A stretch of DNA of 64,000 nucleotides. It comes from Mustelus asterias (lineage: Eukaryota). Of the stretch, positions 1 through 13,058 are shown one piece after another. How positions within the stretch are numbered: the first letter of the stretch is position 1; the number at the start of each line of letters is the position of its first letter. The stretch covers positions 682,001-746,000 of the forward strand of contig NW_027590151.1 in assembly GCF_964213995.1 (NCBI RefSeq), written 5' to 3'. Under the pieces are notes generated by a model that was given only the letters and a program-made list of their open reading frames with translations, searched no databases and was not told the DNA's origin. Both the position numbers and the translations under genes were made by a program.

Positions 1-1
1 G

Positions 2-568
2 TTTAGAACATCATACAACCTGCGGAAACACCAGCGAGTTCACACCGGGGAGAGACCATTCATCTGCTCTGTGTGTGGGAAGGGATTCATTCAGTCATCC
101 AGCCTGCGGGAACACAATCTCACTCATACCAATGAGAGACCCTTTAAGTGCTGTGACTGTGGAAGTGGTTTTAAAAGCTCTCAGGATCTGGTGTCCCACC
201 AGCGCATTCACACTGAGGAGAGACCGTTCAGCTGCTCTCACTGCACAAAGTGGTTTAGAAAAGCATACAACCTGCGGATACACCAGCGAGTTCACAACGG
301 GGAGAAACCGTTCACCTGCTCCAATTGTGGGAAAGGATTCAATCAGTCTTCCAACTTGCTGAAACACCAGCGAGTTCACACTGGGGAGAGACTGTTCACC
401 TGTTCCAATTGTGGGAAGGGATTCACTCAGTCATCCCATCTGCTGACGCACCAGCGCGTTCACACTGGGGAGAGGCCGTTCACCTGCTCTGTGTGTGGGA
501 AGAGATTCACTCATTCATCGAACCTGCGCAGGCACAATCTCACTCACACCAAAGAGAGACCGTTTTAA
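2..568 (+). CDS. C2H2 zinc-finger array, 5' part outside the window (gene 0)
   Basis: ORF 71..568 has repeated CxxC-x12-HxxxH motifs with TGERPF linkers; the frame is open back to the window start. Confidence 0.8.
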   Translation, partial: FRTSYNLRKHQRVHTGERPFICSVCGKGFIQSSSLREHNLTHTNERPFKCCDCGSGFKSSQDLVSHQRIHTEERPFSCSHCTKWFRKAYNLRIHQRVHNGEKPFTCSNCGKGFNQSSNLLKHQRVHTGERLFTCSNCGKGFTQSSHLLTHQRVHTGERPFTCSVCGKRFTHSSNLRRHNLTHTKERPF

Positions 569-1126
569 ATGTTCTGTGGGAGCGGATTCAAAAGCTCTGG
601 AGAACTGGTGTCCCACCAGCGAGTTCACACTGGGGAGAGACCGTTCACCTGCTCTGTGTGTGGGAAAGGATTCACTCAGTCATCCAGCCTGCAGAAACAC
701 AAAGGCACTCACTCCAAGGAGACTCCCTTTAAATGCTCTGCCTGAGAGGCCGGCTTCAGAAGCTCTCAGGAACTGATGATCCCCGAGCACATTCACACCG
801 GGGAGAGGCCGTTCAGCTGCTCTCACTGTTCAAGGAGGTTTAGAATATCATCAACACTGCTGAAACACCAGTGAGTTCACACCGGGGAGAAACCATTCAC
901 CTGCTCGGTGTGTGCGAAAGGATTTACTCGGTTATCCAGCCTGCCCAGACACAACATCATCACACCCAGGAGAGACCCTTTAAATGTGGGCGTGGCTTCA
1001 AAAGCTCTCGGGAACGAATGTCCCACCAGTGAGTTCACACCAGGCAGAGGCTGGTCACCTGCTCTGACTGGGAAGGGATTCACTCAGTCAGCAAACTTGG
1101 TGAAACACCAGTGAGTTCACAAGTGA
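569..1126 (+). pseudogene. Degenerate continuation of the zinc-finger array
   Basis: Finger-like codons continue with frameshifts and CGA>TGA stops (cac cag tga gtt), ending at cac aag tga. Confidence 0.8.
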
Positions 1127-1209
1127 TGACAGTTCTGGGATTATTCTTGTGAATCTTTCTTGCCCCTTCTCCAGTGTCTCTATTTCCTTTTTCTAAATGG
1201 AGATCACAA

Positions 1210-2005
1210 ATAGAACGTAGAACAGCATAGCACAGGAACAGACCCTTCAGCCCACCATGTTGTGTCGAACATGATGCCAAATTAAACTATTTCTTTCTGC
1301 CTGCCCTTAGTCCATATTCCTCTATTCCTTGCATATTCATGTGCTTATTTAAAACCCCCTTAATCGCCCCTATCGTATCTGCCTCCACCACCACTCCTAG
1401 CAGCGTGTTCCAGACACTTACCACTCTCTGTAAAAAAAACTTGCCCCTCACATCTCCTTTGAACTTTCTTGAATCCCAAGATCCCTCTGTACATTAACTG
1501 GATACTTATCCTTAATATTTGATCTTCCAAAGTGCAGCACCTCTCACTTGTCTGGATTAAAATCCATCTGCCATTTCTCCGCTCTATCTGCAGCTGATCT
1601 ACATCCCACTGTATCCTTTGACAACCTTCTACACTATCTACAACTCCATCTAGTTTTGTGTCGTCTGCAAGCTTACTAACCCACCCATCCACGTTTTCAT
1701 CCAAGTCATTGATATATATCACAAACAGCGCAGGTCCCAGTACAGATCCCTGCAGAACACCACTAGTCACGGACCTCTAGCCAGAAAAACACCCTCCATC
1801 ACTACTCTCTGACTTCTATGGGCAAGTCAATTCTGAATCCAAGCGGCCAAGTCACCGTGAATCCCATGCATCTTAATCTTCTGGATGAGCCGACCATGAG
1901 GGACCTTGTCGAAAGCCTCACTAAAATCCATGTTCACAACATCCACTGCTCTACCCTCATCGATCACCTTCATCACCTCCTCGATAAAATCGATCAAGTC
2001 AGTAA
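1210..2005 (-). mobile_element. CR1 LINE 3' fragment
   Basis: RT motifs SGVLQGSVLGP / LADDTKL in ORF 1360..1770(-), plus a tagaac-type 3' tail. Confidence 0.85.
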
Positions 2006-2639
2006 GATGTTGACGGTGCTCCCACTGCAGTCCTGTGATGAAAATATAGACTGGTTGGTGAAATGTAGATAACAGGTAGAATTGATATCGAATGAGGACT
2101 TTATACTTTAGAATTGAATACAGGGCTCATTGTTACTAACGGGGAAAGAAGGGTTAAAACCCTTACCCAGAACCCTTTTCACACACACGTGGACATCTCT
2201 GAATCTGACGCACACCAAATGGAACGTTACACAAGGGGCTGGAATTCACTGGAATTTCTCAACAACCTTTCAATAGAAATGTCCTGGTACCGACTGTGAC
2301 AAAGGACACAACAGACAGCAAGAACCAGGAGGAACCTTTAACCCAGAGAATGTTAATAACCTTGTTCAGGACACCGGTGCCAGGCACAGGAGGATCCCAG
2401 GAAAAACGGAACATTTAATTTCTGTCTGTTTCACAATTCTAAATAACTAATTCTTTAACATAGGAATGTTTAAAAACAGCATTGTGATATTCCAAGGTCA
2501 GTGTGTCTGGGAAAGGGGCACAGTGATGTGTTTTTATTTTAAACAGGAGGATCCATTGAAAAGCAGCTCTGGACGATACGAGCACCTCCTGACCTACTTT
2601 CAATTCATTTCAAATCACCCATCACTTTCCGTGGAATAT

Positions 2640-3025
2640 TCTTTATTCTTTCCTGGGATGTGGACACTGCTGGCAAAGCCCCAGCGCACGTTGCTCATCT
2701 CCTAATTGCCCTTGAACGGAGTGACTTGCTCAGCCATTTCAGAGGGACAGTTAAGAGTCACCCACATCGCTGTGTGGGTCTGGATTCACATGTCGGCCAG
2801 ACCGGGTAAGGATGGCAGATTTCCCTCCCTAATAGGGGGTATTAATCGGGTGAACTGGACGGGTTTTTACAACAGTCGATAGTTTCATGGTCACCGTTAC
2901 TGAGACTAACTTTATATAATTCCAGATTGATTCACTGAATTCAAATCCCACCAGCTGCCTGTCCCCAGATCCTTTGCTGGGTTTCTGCATTACTCGGCCA
3001 GAGACATTCCCACTATCCCAACACC
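2640..3025 (-). mobile_element. tRNA-derived SINE, probably DeuSINE/SacSINE1-like
   Basis: Matches the + strand copies at ~40100-40260 and 48375-49312 (ttcaaatcccacc B-box, gaaggaaatctgc core). The family name is from recall. Confidence 0.55.
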
Positions 3026-4857
3026 TCCCCCTGAATGGAATATTCCACACAACCCCTTAGTTAAACAGGAAGGAGAAAAGAGAGAGGCTTTGACCTTTGG
3101 CTGACCTCATCACCACCTACAGAAACCTTAAAGCTGACCATTCTGTAAAAGTTTATAAACTTTATTTTTATAAAACACAGAGTAAGAAACAGGTGAAAAG
3201 TAACGATGGACATTCTGACTGACATCAGAAACATTGATTGACCGGATAAACACTCACTACATCACAGAGCGATCCTCAACCATTAAAGAATTGACCCACA
3301 ATAAGGAATGAGAGAGCCTTATAAAAAGGGGCAGGAGTTTACACAGAGGGGTGACACCCACAGCTGCTCAGGATGATGGAATTCAGTTCAGGAAGGGGAT
3401 AAAGTGAGAAGCTTTTGTGATTCAAGACAGAAGTATTGAACAATCTGGAATCAGTGCTTCTCGAGCTTGCTGACTCGCCGAACACTTCAATTAATCTCAT
3501 CATAAAAACCCCCAGTGTAAATAACATGGATTTAACTCACAAATGTTGAAACGTTGGCTTAGAGACACAAGTTTCGACTTCCCTTTCTGTCTCTATTGCT
3601 CGTGTCAATGACAGCCAGGCGACGGAGCTGAGGGCTGAATTTAGCTGAGAATAACGGGGCCTGCGCCCCAGTTGGGAAACTGCACTGTTAGAGAGATGGG
3701 AAGGTACTGGAGTGGGAAATGGGCCTCCAACCAATCAGGACATGGGAGGGGGTGACCGAGGCTGATGGTGGGGTGACCCCCGGGGTTCAGTGTCCCTGTG
3801 TCCAAAGCGGGGAGTCACAGGAACAGGGTACAGAGGAGCTGAAGAGAAACCATTTGTGTCCAGAACATTGTGAACATCCTTTTACTCTGGTTGTCTTTGA
3901 TCCTCAAGTCATTTTCTGTTTGTTTTAACCATGTTCTGTTTCATTAATAAACTTTTATCAGTAAAAATATTTGATTTTTCTGGACATTTCCTGCAGAGAT
4001 TGATGCACTTTAGGGAAAGTGGGTGAGGGGTTGGCAGGCTCTTTAACATGCTGGGCTTTCAAGAGAGCTGTTAAACATGCTCTCTCTCTGACCCCTCACT
4101 CAACTTCACTCCGTTATTTTCCAGTTCTGTTCTGGTCCCGCCTGGGGTAACGTCTACTCGATCTTTTCTTCTCCTGAAGGAGCACCGTGAGTTCTAGGTT
4201 ACTCGTACATAAGGACAGATGCTTCAAGCAACAGATCAAGCATGGATGTAAAAGATTCTCCAGCTCTCTCTTTACCCCTATCCAAGTTGTGGACAGTTCT
4301 TACTCTGTGTTATTTCCCCCAAGCCCTTAATTGTCCCAATCTAGAATATTATCCATTTTACTGTAATTTTCCTCACTTTCTGTCCCTGTGCAGTGTGTTT
4401 AATTGGATCCTGATTGTTTTGAACTCAGTTTCTCTCTGGAGTGTGTGTCAATGCCTTGATGATGTCACAATGTTGTCTCAATCCCCTGGCCACATTAACC
4501 ATTTCATCTCCTGCTGTGTCTCAAGTAGCTGTGTGTGTTTGGGACCCGCTCTTCACTCCATCTCACCATGAATTTAGGCTTGTTATTTTTCACATGTAAC
4601 AAATCACATCTGTACACTCACTCCGGTATCCCAAAATCATGTCACACATTCTTAACTCTTAGATGTGCTGACGAAAAGATCAAAGTGAGTGTCTGTCTTT
4701 CTTATCTCCCCGTTATTGTCTGATATTTCAGGCAATGACCGGGCTTTCAAATGTGGATTTCTTTAAAACAAAGTTCATGGATGGCGGAGTGTGTCGCAGA
4801 CCAAGTATTATGCTGGCCTTCACTGATTTACAACTCCACTAATACAAAGTACAATAT

Positions 4858-5178
4858 GGCGGCACGGTGGCGCAGTGGTTAGCACTGCTGCCTCACAGCA
4901 CCAGGGATCCAGGTTTGATTCCTGGCTTGGGTTACTGTCTGTGTGGAGTTTGCACATTCTCCCCGTGTCTGCATGAGTTTCCTCCGGATGCTCCGGTTTC
5001 CTCCTGCAGTCCAAAGCTGTGTGGGTTAGGTTGATTGGCTGTGCTAAATTGACCCTAGTTTCTGGGGGATTAGCAGGGTAAATATGTGGGGTTACGGATA
5101 TAGGCTGGGATTGTTGTCAGTGCAGGCTTGATGGGCCAAATGGCCTCCTTCTGTGCTATCGGGATTCTATTCTATGAA
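4858..5178 (+). mobile_element. HE1-type V-SINE
   Basis: tRNA-like head (ggtggcgcagtggttagc), V-domain (tgtgtggagtttgcacattctccccgtgtctg) and CR1/HER1-like tail (ggcctccttctg...ttctatg). Confidence 0.85.
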
Positions 5179-5924
5179 TATAATGAAGCAATATAATGGG
5201 CATCTTGTTGATTTTCAGCCTGGGCTAATACAGTGACCTGGAGTTTTATGACCCTTTTGGAATTGTTGGGTGGAGCCTGATTGAAAGGTCAGTGCTCTCT
5301 TTGGACATTTTTTTTAAACAGGAGAAAGATTTTAGTTTTCTTTCGTAACAAGCTCTTTGGACTGCAGACTGGGAAGTCAAAGTTTGAATTCAACATTTAA
5401 AGGACTAATTCACAACAGGTGTTAAAAAGCTGCCAAATCCAGCATCATGTGAGCATACCTGCTTTCTGGGCAAAGCCTAGAACGGGGTGTATGTTTGAAG
5501 GGATTATTTGATTTGCAACTGTATACTTAGCTGTACTGGTTGATACAAGATCATGGTTGCTTTTTATTGCAATTGGTAAAAGTTATGCTAATTTTTCTTC
5601 TTATACTTTAACTGTGTTCTTAAATACACTTTGTTTGATAAAAGCTTCCTAGTGGCTCACTTGAATCGTACCTGGAGTGAAATATTTATGCTCACCCATG
5701 CCAAAATCAAAGTGCAAAACTTCTGGCTCCGCTGACTTTGTAAAACACTTTGGAGTTTCTGACCTGGGTCATAACACGTTTAACCACGCTCAAGGTGAGT
5801 TATTCAAATTCCTTTATTGTCCAGGACAATATCTTCACAGTATCTTTAAAACAGAAATTAAACATTCCCATTTGATTTCAGGTATTAACATATTCTGTTA
5901 GTTTGTTCTTTATTGTCGATGTCA

Positions 5925-6215
5925 GGCTGAGGTTGTTCCCCTTGGAGCAAAAGAGGTTGAGGGGAGATTTGATAGAGGTGGACAAGATTCTGACAGGTTT
6001 AGATAAGGTGGACAAAGAAAAGCTGTTCCTATTAGCTGATGGGACAAGGACGAGGGGGGACACAGATTTAAGGTTTTGGGTCAGAGATGCGGTGGGGGGA
6101 TATGAGGAAAAATATTTTGATGCAGCGAATGGTAATGACCTGGAACTCGCTGCCTACGAGGGTGGAGGAAGTGGAGACAATAAACAATTACAAAGGAAAT
6201 TGGATGGGCATTTGG
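5925..6215 (+). mobile_element. Old CR1 3' fragment in a ZNF 3' flank
   Basis: Translates to LFPLEQKRLRGDLIEVDKILTGLDKVD; the same insertion is present at 25565-25865. Confidence 0.75.
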
Positions 6216-6479
6216 GGCGTTTCAAACAGAAATGCTGACTAAATATCTCTGAACTTCCTCACACCCTGTCACTCTGTGATCCTTGTGAAATTTAAAACAA
6301 GGTATTCACAACAAGACTCAAAGAGCATCAGCCCACTGGAGGCAAAGTCGTGAGACCGGCCAGTCCAGCAGAAAGAAACCCTCCGACCCTCCCCATTGAC
6401 CAACTGTGAGAATGAACAAAATGCAGTCCTGGGTGTAATTGAGAGCAGAAACAATAACAGCAGAATTTAATCCCCATAT

Positions 6480-7322
6480 TCACTTGTGAACTTGTTGGTG
6501 TTTCAGCAGGGTGGATGAATCACAGAATCCCTTCCCACACTGAGAGCAGATGAACAATCTCTCCCCGGTGTGAACTCGCTGGTGTGATTGCAGGGTGGAT
6601 AACCGAGTGAATCTCTTCCCACACACGGGGCAGGTGAACGGCCTCTCTCCAGAGTGAACTCGCTGGTGTCTCCGCAGATTAGATAACTGAGTGAATCCCT
6701 TTCCACACTGAGAGCAGGTGAATGGCTTCTCCCCAGTGTGAACTCGCTGGTGTGTCTGCAGGTTTGATAAATGAATGAATCCCTTCCCACACTGAAAGCA
6801 ACTGTATGGCCTCTCCCCAGTGTGATTGCGCTGGTGTGTCTGCAGGCTGTACAATTGAGTGAATCCCTTCCCACACTGAGAGCAGGTGAATGGTCTCTCC
6901 CCAGTGTGAACTCGCTGGTGTGCCCGCAGCTGAGATAACTGAGTGAATCTTTTCCCACATGCAGAGCAGCCGAATGGCCTCTCTCCTGTGTGAACTCGCT
7001 GGTGTTTCTGTAGGTTGGATGACTTACTGAATCCCTTCCCACACTGAGAGCAGGTGAATGGCCTCTCCCCAGTGTGAACTCGCTGGTGTGTCTGCAGGCT
7101 TGATATCTGAGTAAATCCCTTCCCACACTGACAGCAGGTGAATGCACTCTCACCAGTGTGAACTTGCTGGTGTCTCTGCAGAGTGGATGAATCAATGAAT
7201 CCCTTCCCACACACCCAGCAGGTGAACGGCCTCTCCCCAGTGTGGCTGTGCCGATGAGCTTCCAGTAGAGAGGGCGCTTTGTATCTCTTCCCACAGTCCT
7301 CACATTTCCATGGTTTTTCCAT
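6480..7322 (-). CDS. C2H2 zinc-finger protein, 10 fingers, no effector domain (gene A)
   Basis: Intact 280-aa ORF MEKPWKC...HQQVHK with canonical linkers. Confidence 0.9.
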   Translation of the reverse strand: MEKPWKCEDCGKRYKAPSLLEAHRHSHTGERPFTCWVCGKGFIDSSTLQRHQQVHTGESAFTCCQCGKGFTQISSLQTHQRVHTGERPFTCSQCGKGFSKSSNLQKHQRVHTGERPFGCSACGKRFTQLSQLRAHQRVHTGERPFTCSQCGKGFTQLYSLQTHQRNHTGERPYSCFQCGKGFIHLSNLQTHQRVHTGEKPFTCSQCGKGFTQLSNLRRHQRVHSGERPFTCPVCGKRFTRLSTLQSHQRVHTGERLFICSQCGKGFCDSSTLLKHQQVHK

Positions 7323-7648
7323 ATTTTCAGTCTCCTTGTATCATTTGAAACCTTGTCCACACAGAGAACACGGTATGGTCTCTCCCTGCTGTGAATGCTG
7401 CGATGTATTTTCAGGCTGTGTAACTGGTTAAAGCTCTTTCCACACTCAATGCACTGGAACACTCTCACTCAGGTGTGTGTTTGTGTCCCGGTGTTTTTCC
7501 AGTCACACTGCTGCTTAAAATCTTGCAGTCAAACATTTCTCCTTCCCATTCAGAGGCTGAGGATATTTAGTTTCCAAGGAATCGAGTGACTCTGTCAGAT
7601 CGAGATGTGATCGTTAAGATTTATCGGTGTGATTCCTCTTCTAATATC

Positions 7649-7890
7649 CTGTAAAAACAATTTACAAAATTCATCACAGTCAGTACAGGATAGAAATTCA
7701 GAACAGACAATTCTAGTTTCTGTGGAACATTCTTTCCACTCTCATTCCCCAAAAGCTGTAAATCTCCATTCCACACACTCTCCCTCCATTCTCACTCTGC
7801 TGTATCTAATATTCACCCTCCCAATTCTCCTGAAGGTGCTGATTGAGGCTGATTGACAGATCCATGCTCACTGCTTCCTGTCCTGGACAC
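7649..7890 (-). other. Conserved 66-nt exon (7817..7882) plus 168-nt intron upstream of the ZNF exon
   Basis: ccag|gacagg acceptor, gagg|gtgaat donor and ttttacag|gatatt acceptor. Near-identical copies at ~21920-22165, 23950-24110 and 35277-35512. Confidence 0.55.
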
Positions 7891-8039
7891 ACACAGCTGA
7901 AAATCTCCATGCAGACTGCCAGTCTAACAGAAATATAGCGACATTCTCGACTAAAAATGTTTCAAATGGATTGATTCAGTTAGTGAAGATACAGGGGGGT
8001 TGTGACTGATGATATTGAACTTGCTGCCAACGTGGGTGA

Positions 8040-8400
8040 TCATAGAGTTTTACAGCATGGAAAGAGGCCCTTCGGCCCATGGTGTTTGTGCCGGCCATCA
8101 AGCACCGTTCTATTCTAATCCCATTTTCCACACTTGGTGCGTAACCTTACGTGCTATGGCATTTCAAGAGCTTACCTAAATTCTTCTTAAATGTTATGAT
8201 GATTCCCACCTCTACCACCCTTTCATGCAGTGAGTTCCAGATTCCCACCACCATCTGAGTGAAAAAGCTTTCCCTCACATCTTCTATAATCCTCCTGCCC
8301 CTGAACTTAAATCCAGGCTCCTGGTTATTGACCTCTCTACTAAAGAGAAAAGTTCCTTTCTATCCCCCCTATCTGTGCCCCTCAGAATTTTATACATCTC
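8040..8400 (-). mobile_element. CR1 3' fragment
   Basis: Translates to MYKILRGTDRGDRKELF; typical CR1 3' UTR and tail. Confidence 0.7.
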
Positions 8401-8769
8401 AATGTTAGGCTGGATAACTTGGGGTTGTTCTCCTTGGAGCAAAGTAGATTGATTGAGGTGTACAAGGGTACATGGAGGTGTCAAAGTTTTCATGCTCTGT
8501 TTACACGTGTACAAGCTCTGACTATGGGTTATCCAGTCTCAAAACGTTGGTTCTATTCTCTCTCCACGGATGATGTCAGATCTGCTGAGATTTTCCAGCA
8601 TTTATTGTTTTTATTTCCCTTTCTATTTCCTTCTCTGTCACCGCTCTGCCTCATCAATAAGACATTGGGACTCAGAGGGTTGATGCAGTTTGATGGACAA
8701 GTTGTCTCCATTCTGAACACTGGGGAACAAGCGCCTCCCGCTGATTGACAATATTGCCCTCTACAGACA

Positions 8770-9160
8770 TGTCGGCCGCACATGCGCACTGCTGCATATT
8801 GCCCCAATAAAGATGGCGAACGTTAACCCGAAACGAACATGAGGAGCTTCAGCCCTGCTCGGTACAAACTGGGTCCGGGAGGCTCTCTTCCGCATTTTGC
8901 GACTCTCACAACATGCTTACACAGCGTTTCCACCCACCTGGACGATCCATTGCTTTCTCCGTACCGCCAATCACCTCGAACAGATTTCCGGCCCAAAATA
9001 AATGTTTTCCATCGCCATTACTCACACTCGAGTCAAAGCTGGCCCCGCCCCTCGTTCGCTCCTATTGGTTGGAGGACCGACCGCTCCAGATCGGTCCTCC
9101 AGCACTGCCCCCTCTTCCCATTGGTCCGCGCTGCCGTCAATCAGCCGGACATTGTGACGG
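8770..9160 (-). promoter_or_regulatory. CpG-rich promoter and first exon of gene A
   Basis: GC box (ggccccgcccc), two ATTGG/CCAAT boxes, NRF1-like (cacatgcgca), YY1 (aagatggcg) and a cag|gtgggt donor on the minus strand. Inverted homologue of 15100-15390. Confidence 0.65.
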
Positions 9161-10839
9161 TGACTTGCTGTTTGTCCAATAATAATAGTGAGAGAGTCTC
9201 AGTGTAACAATGACACACACAGGCTCCAATACAATCAGAGTGGGGATGGAGCACAGAGACAACACAGCAAAGCACTGACTTACTCTGAGTGTAACAAATA
9301 CAATGTTTGTTCAAATAATAAGTCATGTTGCAGTATGTTAGTGAACACAGCATTAGATCCAATGTAATGATAATACAGTCAGTATCTAGTGCACCAGAAC
9401 CAAAGTTTCGGCTTCATTTGATAGTGTGAGTGAGTCATGGTCTATTGATATAATGTATTTAAATTCCGGTGTGTGTTACTCTGCCCCACTGTCATTATCA
9501 GACAATAACCTATCTGTTATTCCAATTCTGCTGTATTTTACAACTGCAGCTCCTGGGGCTGATTGGAGTCTGGTATAAAAATCACAAAGGTCGGTTTCAG
9601 TGTCTCTGAGGTCATTTTAACTGCAGATAATCTGACATTAAGGGAGACAAGAGGCCCAACAAACATTTGATTAAAATAGGAGGACAAAGTGTAAGGGAAC
9701 AATGATATTTTAAGGTGTCTGTGTTATAGTGAGTGTCACTGGGAGGTGAGTGATAAAATACAAGTGGAAACATCATGACAGAGACACATGTGACTGACTC
9801 GGCCTGACTGAGAGCTGTTATACTCGAGGCGAGAATAATGAGGACATGGGAAACTCCAGGGATTTCTGATATCTGAGGTGTGTCCGTTAGAGGAACTGAA
9901 AATAATCAGTTCCTCCTCATGGTTATCACCAGTTCGCAAGTTACACAGACACACAGGAAAGAGATCTGATGCTCATCAAACACAATATTTTAATCTTCTG
10001 TTTGAGACACATTATGACCGAAAAGATCAAACATTAAAACCTTAGGAGAGAAACATTCAGAATGTCACAAAGATGAGTGAACTGTCCAATTAATCCCATT
10101 CACCATAACTCTGCCAATTTACCTTCTGCAAGTATTTATCCAATTCCCTTTGAAAGCTATTATTAAACCTGCTTCTAGCACGTGTCAATTTGTGCATTCC
10201 AGATCATATCAAGTTATTGTGCAAAAAATTCTCCTTATCACCCCCTTCAGTTCTGTTGTCAATTATATTAAATCTCTGTGTCCTCTGCTTACAGACCCTC
10301 CTGCACCGAGGAAATTGATTCTCTCCATCGACAAACCCTCCTGCTCCTGGGAGATAATTTCTCTCCATTGACACTATCATAAATCATTTGTCATTTTAAA
10401 CACCTCTATTAAATCTCCCCATCACATTCCCTAATCTAAGATGGATAACGCATGTTTTTCCTGCCCTGAAGAATTACATGGACTCAAAATGTTAACTCTC
10501 TGAACAGATGCCGCCGGACCTGCCGGGTTTTTCTGCTTTTCTCCCTGTTTTTCCCTCTATAATCAATCAGAAACTCTTCATGATTTTGAACATCTTGATC
10601 AAATAGGAACACACAGAGCCTGAGAGAGATACAGAGGAAAGGAGAGACAGAAAGACTGAGAGAAAAATTGAGAAAGATTTTAAAAAGCAGAAAGATGACG
10701 CAATCAAAGATAAAAGCTGAGAAACAGAGGAAACAAGCAATACAGAGAGAATGATATAGAATTTAAGGGAGCAGGCTATCAGTTCCCAGCTATGGGGAGC
10801 AGAGTCGGCATCTCCACATCAGAGCAGAGGGAACTCAGT

Positions 10840-11175
10840 GGGTGGCACGGTAGCACAGTGGTTAGCACTGCTGCTTCACAGCTCCAGGGACCTGAGCTCG
10901 ATTCCTGGCTCGGGTCGCTGTCTGTGTGGAGTTTGCACACTCTCCTCGTGTCTGCGTAGGTTTCCTCCGGGTGCTCCTTCCTTCCTCCAAAGATGTGTGG
11001 GTTAGGCTGATTGGCCATGCTAAATTTGCCCCTTAGTGTTCTGAGATGTGTAGGTTAGAGGGATTAGCGGGTAAATATATGTAGGGATATGGGGGTAGGG
11101 CCTGGGTGGGATTGTGGTCGGTGCAGACTTGATGGGCCGAATGGCCTCCTCCTGCACTGTAGGGTTTCTATGATT
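10840..11175 (+). mobile_element. HE1-type V-SINE
   Basis: Same head, V-domain and tail as 4858..5178. Confidence 0.85.
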
Positions 11176-13058
11176 TAGAAACTGATCCACAGACACAGCT
11201 GGCTATATCTGTGAATGGAAACTCTGAACAGAAATAACTGACTCATTTGTAAATGTCACCACAATGTGACCTGTGAGATTCTGCCCTGACTCTGTGGACA
11301 GATATAGGCCGCATTGACAGATGTTCTCAACAGATTGTTGTCCCTGGATTTATTTTCTGCTCAGAAGTGAGATGTGCGTTTTTGAACCGGCAGCAGAGAA
11401 ACAGGAAGTTGTGTTACCTGAGAATGAAACAGCCGGCGTCAGTTTGATGTTATCACTGTGAACAGTCTTCCTGTCTGTGAGGGTGAACTCACTCTGACAG
11501 CATCAAGAACAACCACACAGATTGCTACTGGTCTCAGCATTACATTCAGCTCCATTCCTGTTTTAAACAATAAAGAAAGGAGATTATTTGGACTTTTAAC
11601 AGATTCACTGAATTGGGAGATGGACTGAGGGTCATCACTGGGAGAAATGAGGAGGAATTAGAGAACAAATGAGTTTTCCCAAACAGGGTTATTAGAAAAG
11701 AGGAGATTTAAAGTGAGTCAGGGCCTGTCAGAGGAAGTGGGAGAGAGAAACAGAGAGGATTGAATCTCCATCAATTAGATGTTTTCTCAGACAGCGAAGA
11801 GAGATGAAGTCTGTTTGTGCTTTTTCAGAGAGAGGTAATGAGAGAGAGAAAACAATGAATAAGTTTAAGCATTATCTGAAATAGGAAGGTTAAATGAGTG
11901 AGTGTTTGAAAGAAAGATAGAGAGACATTAAGTGACGAACACAGTATCCGAGAGGAGAGAGGTTAAGTGAATGTGAGACAGGAGCGAGGTTAGAGTGTAA
12001 GGGAGGTGGAAGGTGAGGTAAGTGTGAGTGAATGCCTGGAGAGAGAGAGAGAGACATTCAGTGAGTGTTAGAGAGATGAGAGAGGTTAAGTGATTGAGTT
12101 TCTGAGAGAGAGGAGATGTTAAGTGAGTGAATGTCTAAAAGAGAGGAGAGCAGGTTCACACCCAGGGGTCACTGAGAATGATCAAAATAAGGAGATCACC
12201 CAGAAAACTACCAACAGGAAACTTCAGCTGAACACATCACTCATTCTTAAATGGTCAGTCAGGACTCTGATGCTGCTCAGCTTCTCTCTGTTCTGTTTAT
12301 AATGGTTAAAGGCTGATAGGAGTGAGGTTTATTTAGAAGGATAGTGTATGGGAAGCACACATCAACAAAACTGAGAATTCTTGGACACACACTGCAGCTC
12401 CTTCTCTATCTGGGAATCAAATTGTTGTCTAATTGTCCCAGCAGTTAACAGGCTCCTTTGAACTTCTCCAGCTGCTACTTTGATGCAGACTTCAACCAAT
12501 TTATTTGAAGCCAGTTTCTGTTCAATAAACCAGGACTGACACACACACACATTAAAATGTTTTAGACTTTTTTGCATTTTTAGTCTGGAAACCTAAACCT
12601 GCCGTTTCACTCTCAGTCAGGAATAGATCCCAGTTTTACACCAATCTTTGACAGCACGTTTCCAGCATTCACCATTGTTCTTCCTGACTTTACAGTTGTA
12701 AAGGAGCTTCTGTTCCATGTCTGGGAGCTCGGAACCATGGAAAAGAGCGGCTGGGACACATTTTTTTCACACCTCAGGATTCACCCACACGGGGACTTTG
12801 CTGTCAGTGAAAAGTGACGAAAAAGACCAAAGTGCTGTTTGTCCCTCTCAGCGTGACCCTGAAGGACTGTGTCTAGAATGAAGTTCTGTTCCTACTGTAT
12901 CCTCCCTCAGATTGCCCTTTCTGAGCTCCAGCCTGGTGACGTTAAACACTCAAATGGAAAAGACAAAAATCTACAACAATGATTCAATCAAATGTCTATT
13001 TCACATTTATTCAGAATATCAAACCTCAACAGAAGAAAAAAGTCAGAGTGAACATGAT

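Noticed and set aside
4858-4935. tRNA genes
   Set aside because: The tRNA-like A/B boxes are SINE heads continuous with the V-domain; no complete cloverleaf.
5180-5776. Possible LTR ending in ggtcataaca (also 3544-3960 and 22864-23860)
   Set aside because: No matching 5' end or TSD could be established by eye.
6503-7468. Long alternative-frame ORFs such as [21 protein letters not shown] and MWEGIHSVI (also at 24650, 27926, 35828 and 42852)
   Set aside because: Off-frame readings of the 84-bp finger repeat, not independent genes.
11700-12150. Purine-rich tract with recurring ttaagtgagtg
   Set aside because: Decayed low-complexity repeat with no regular period or other support.
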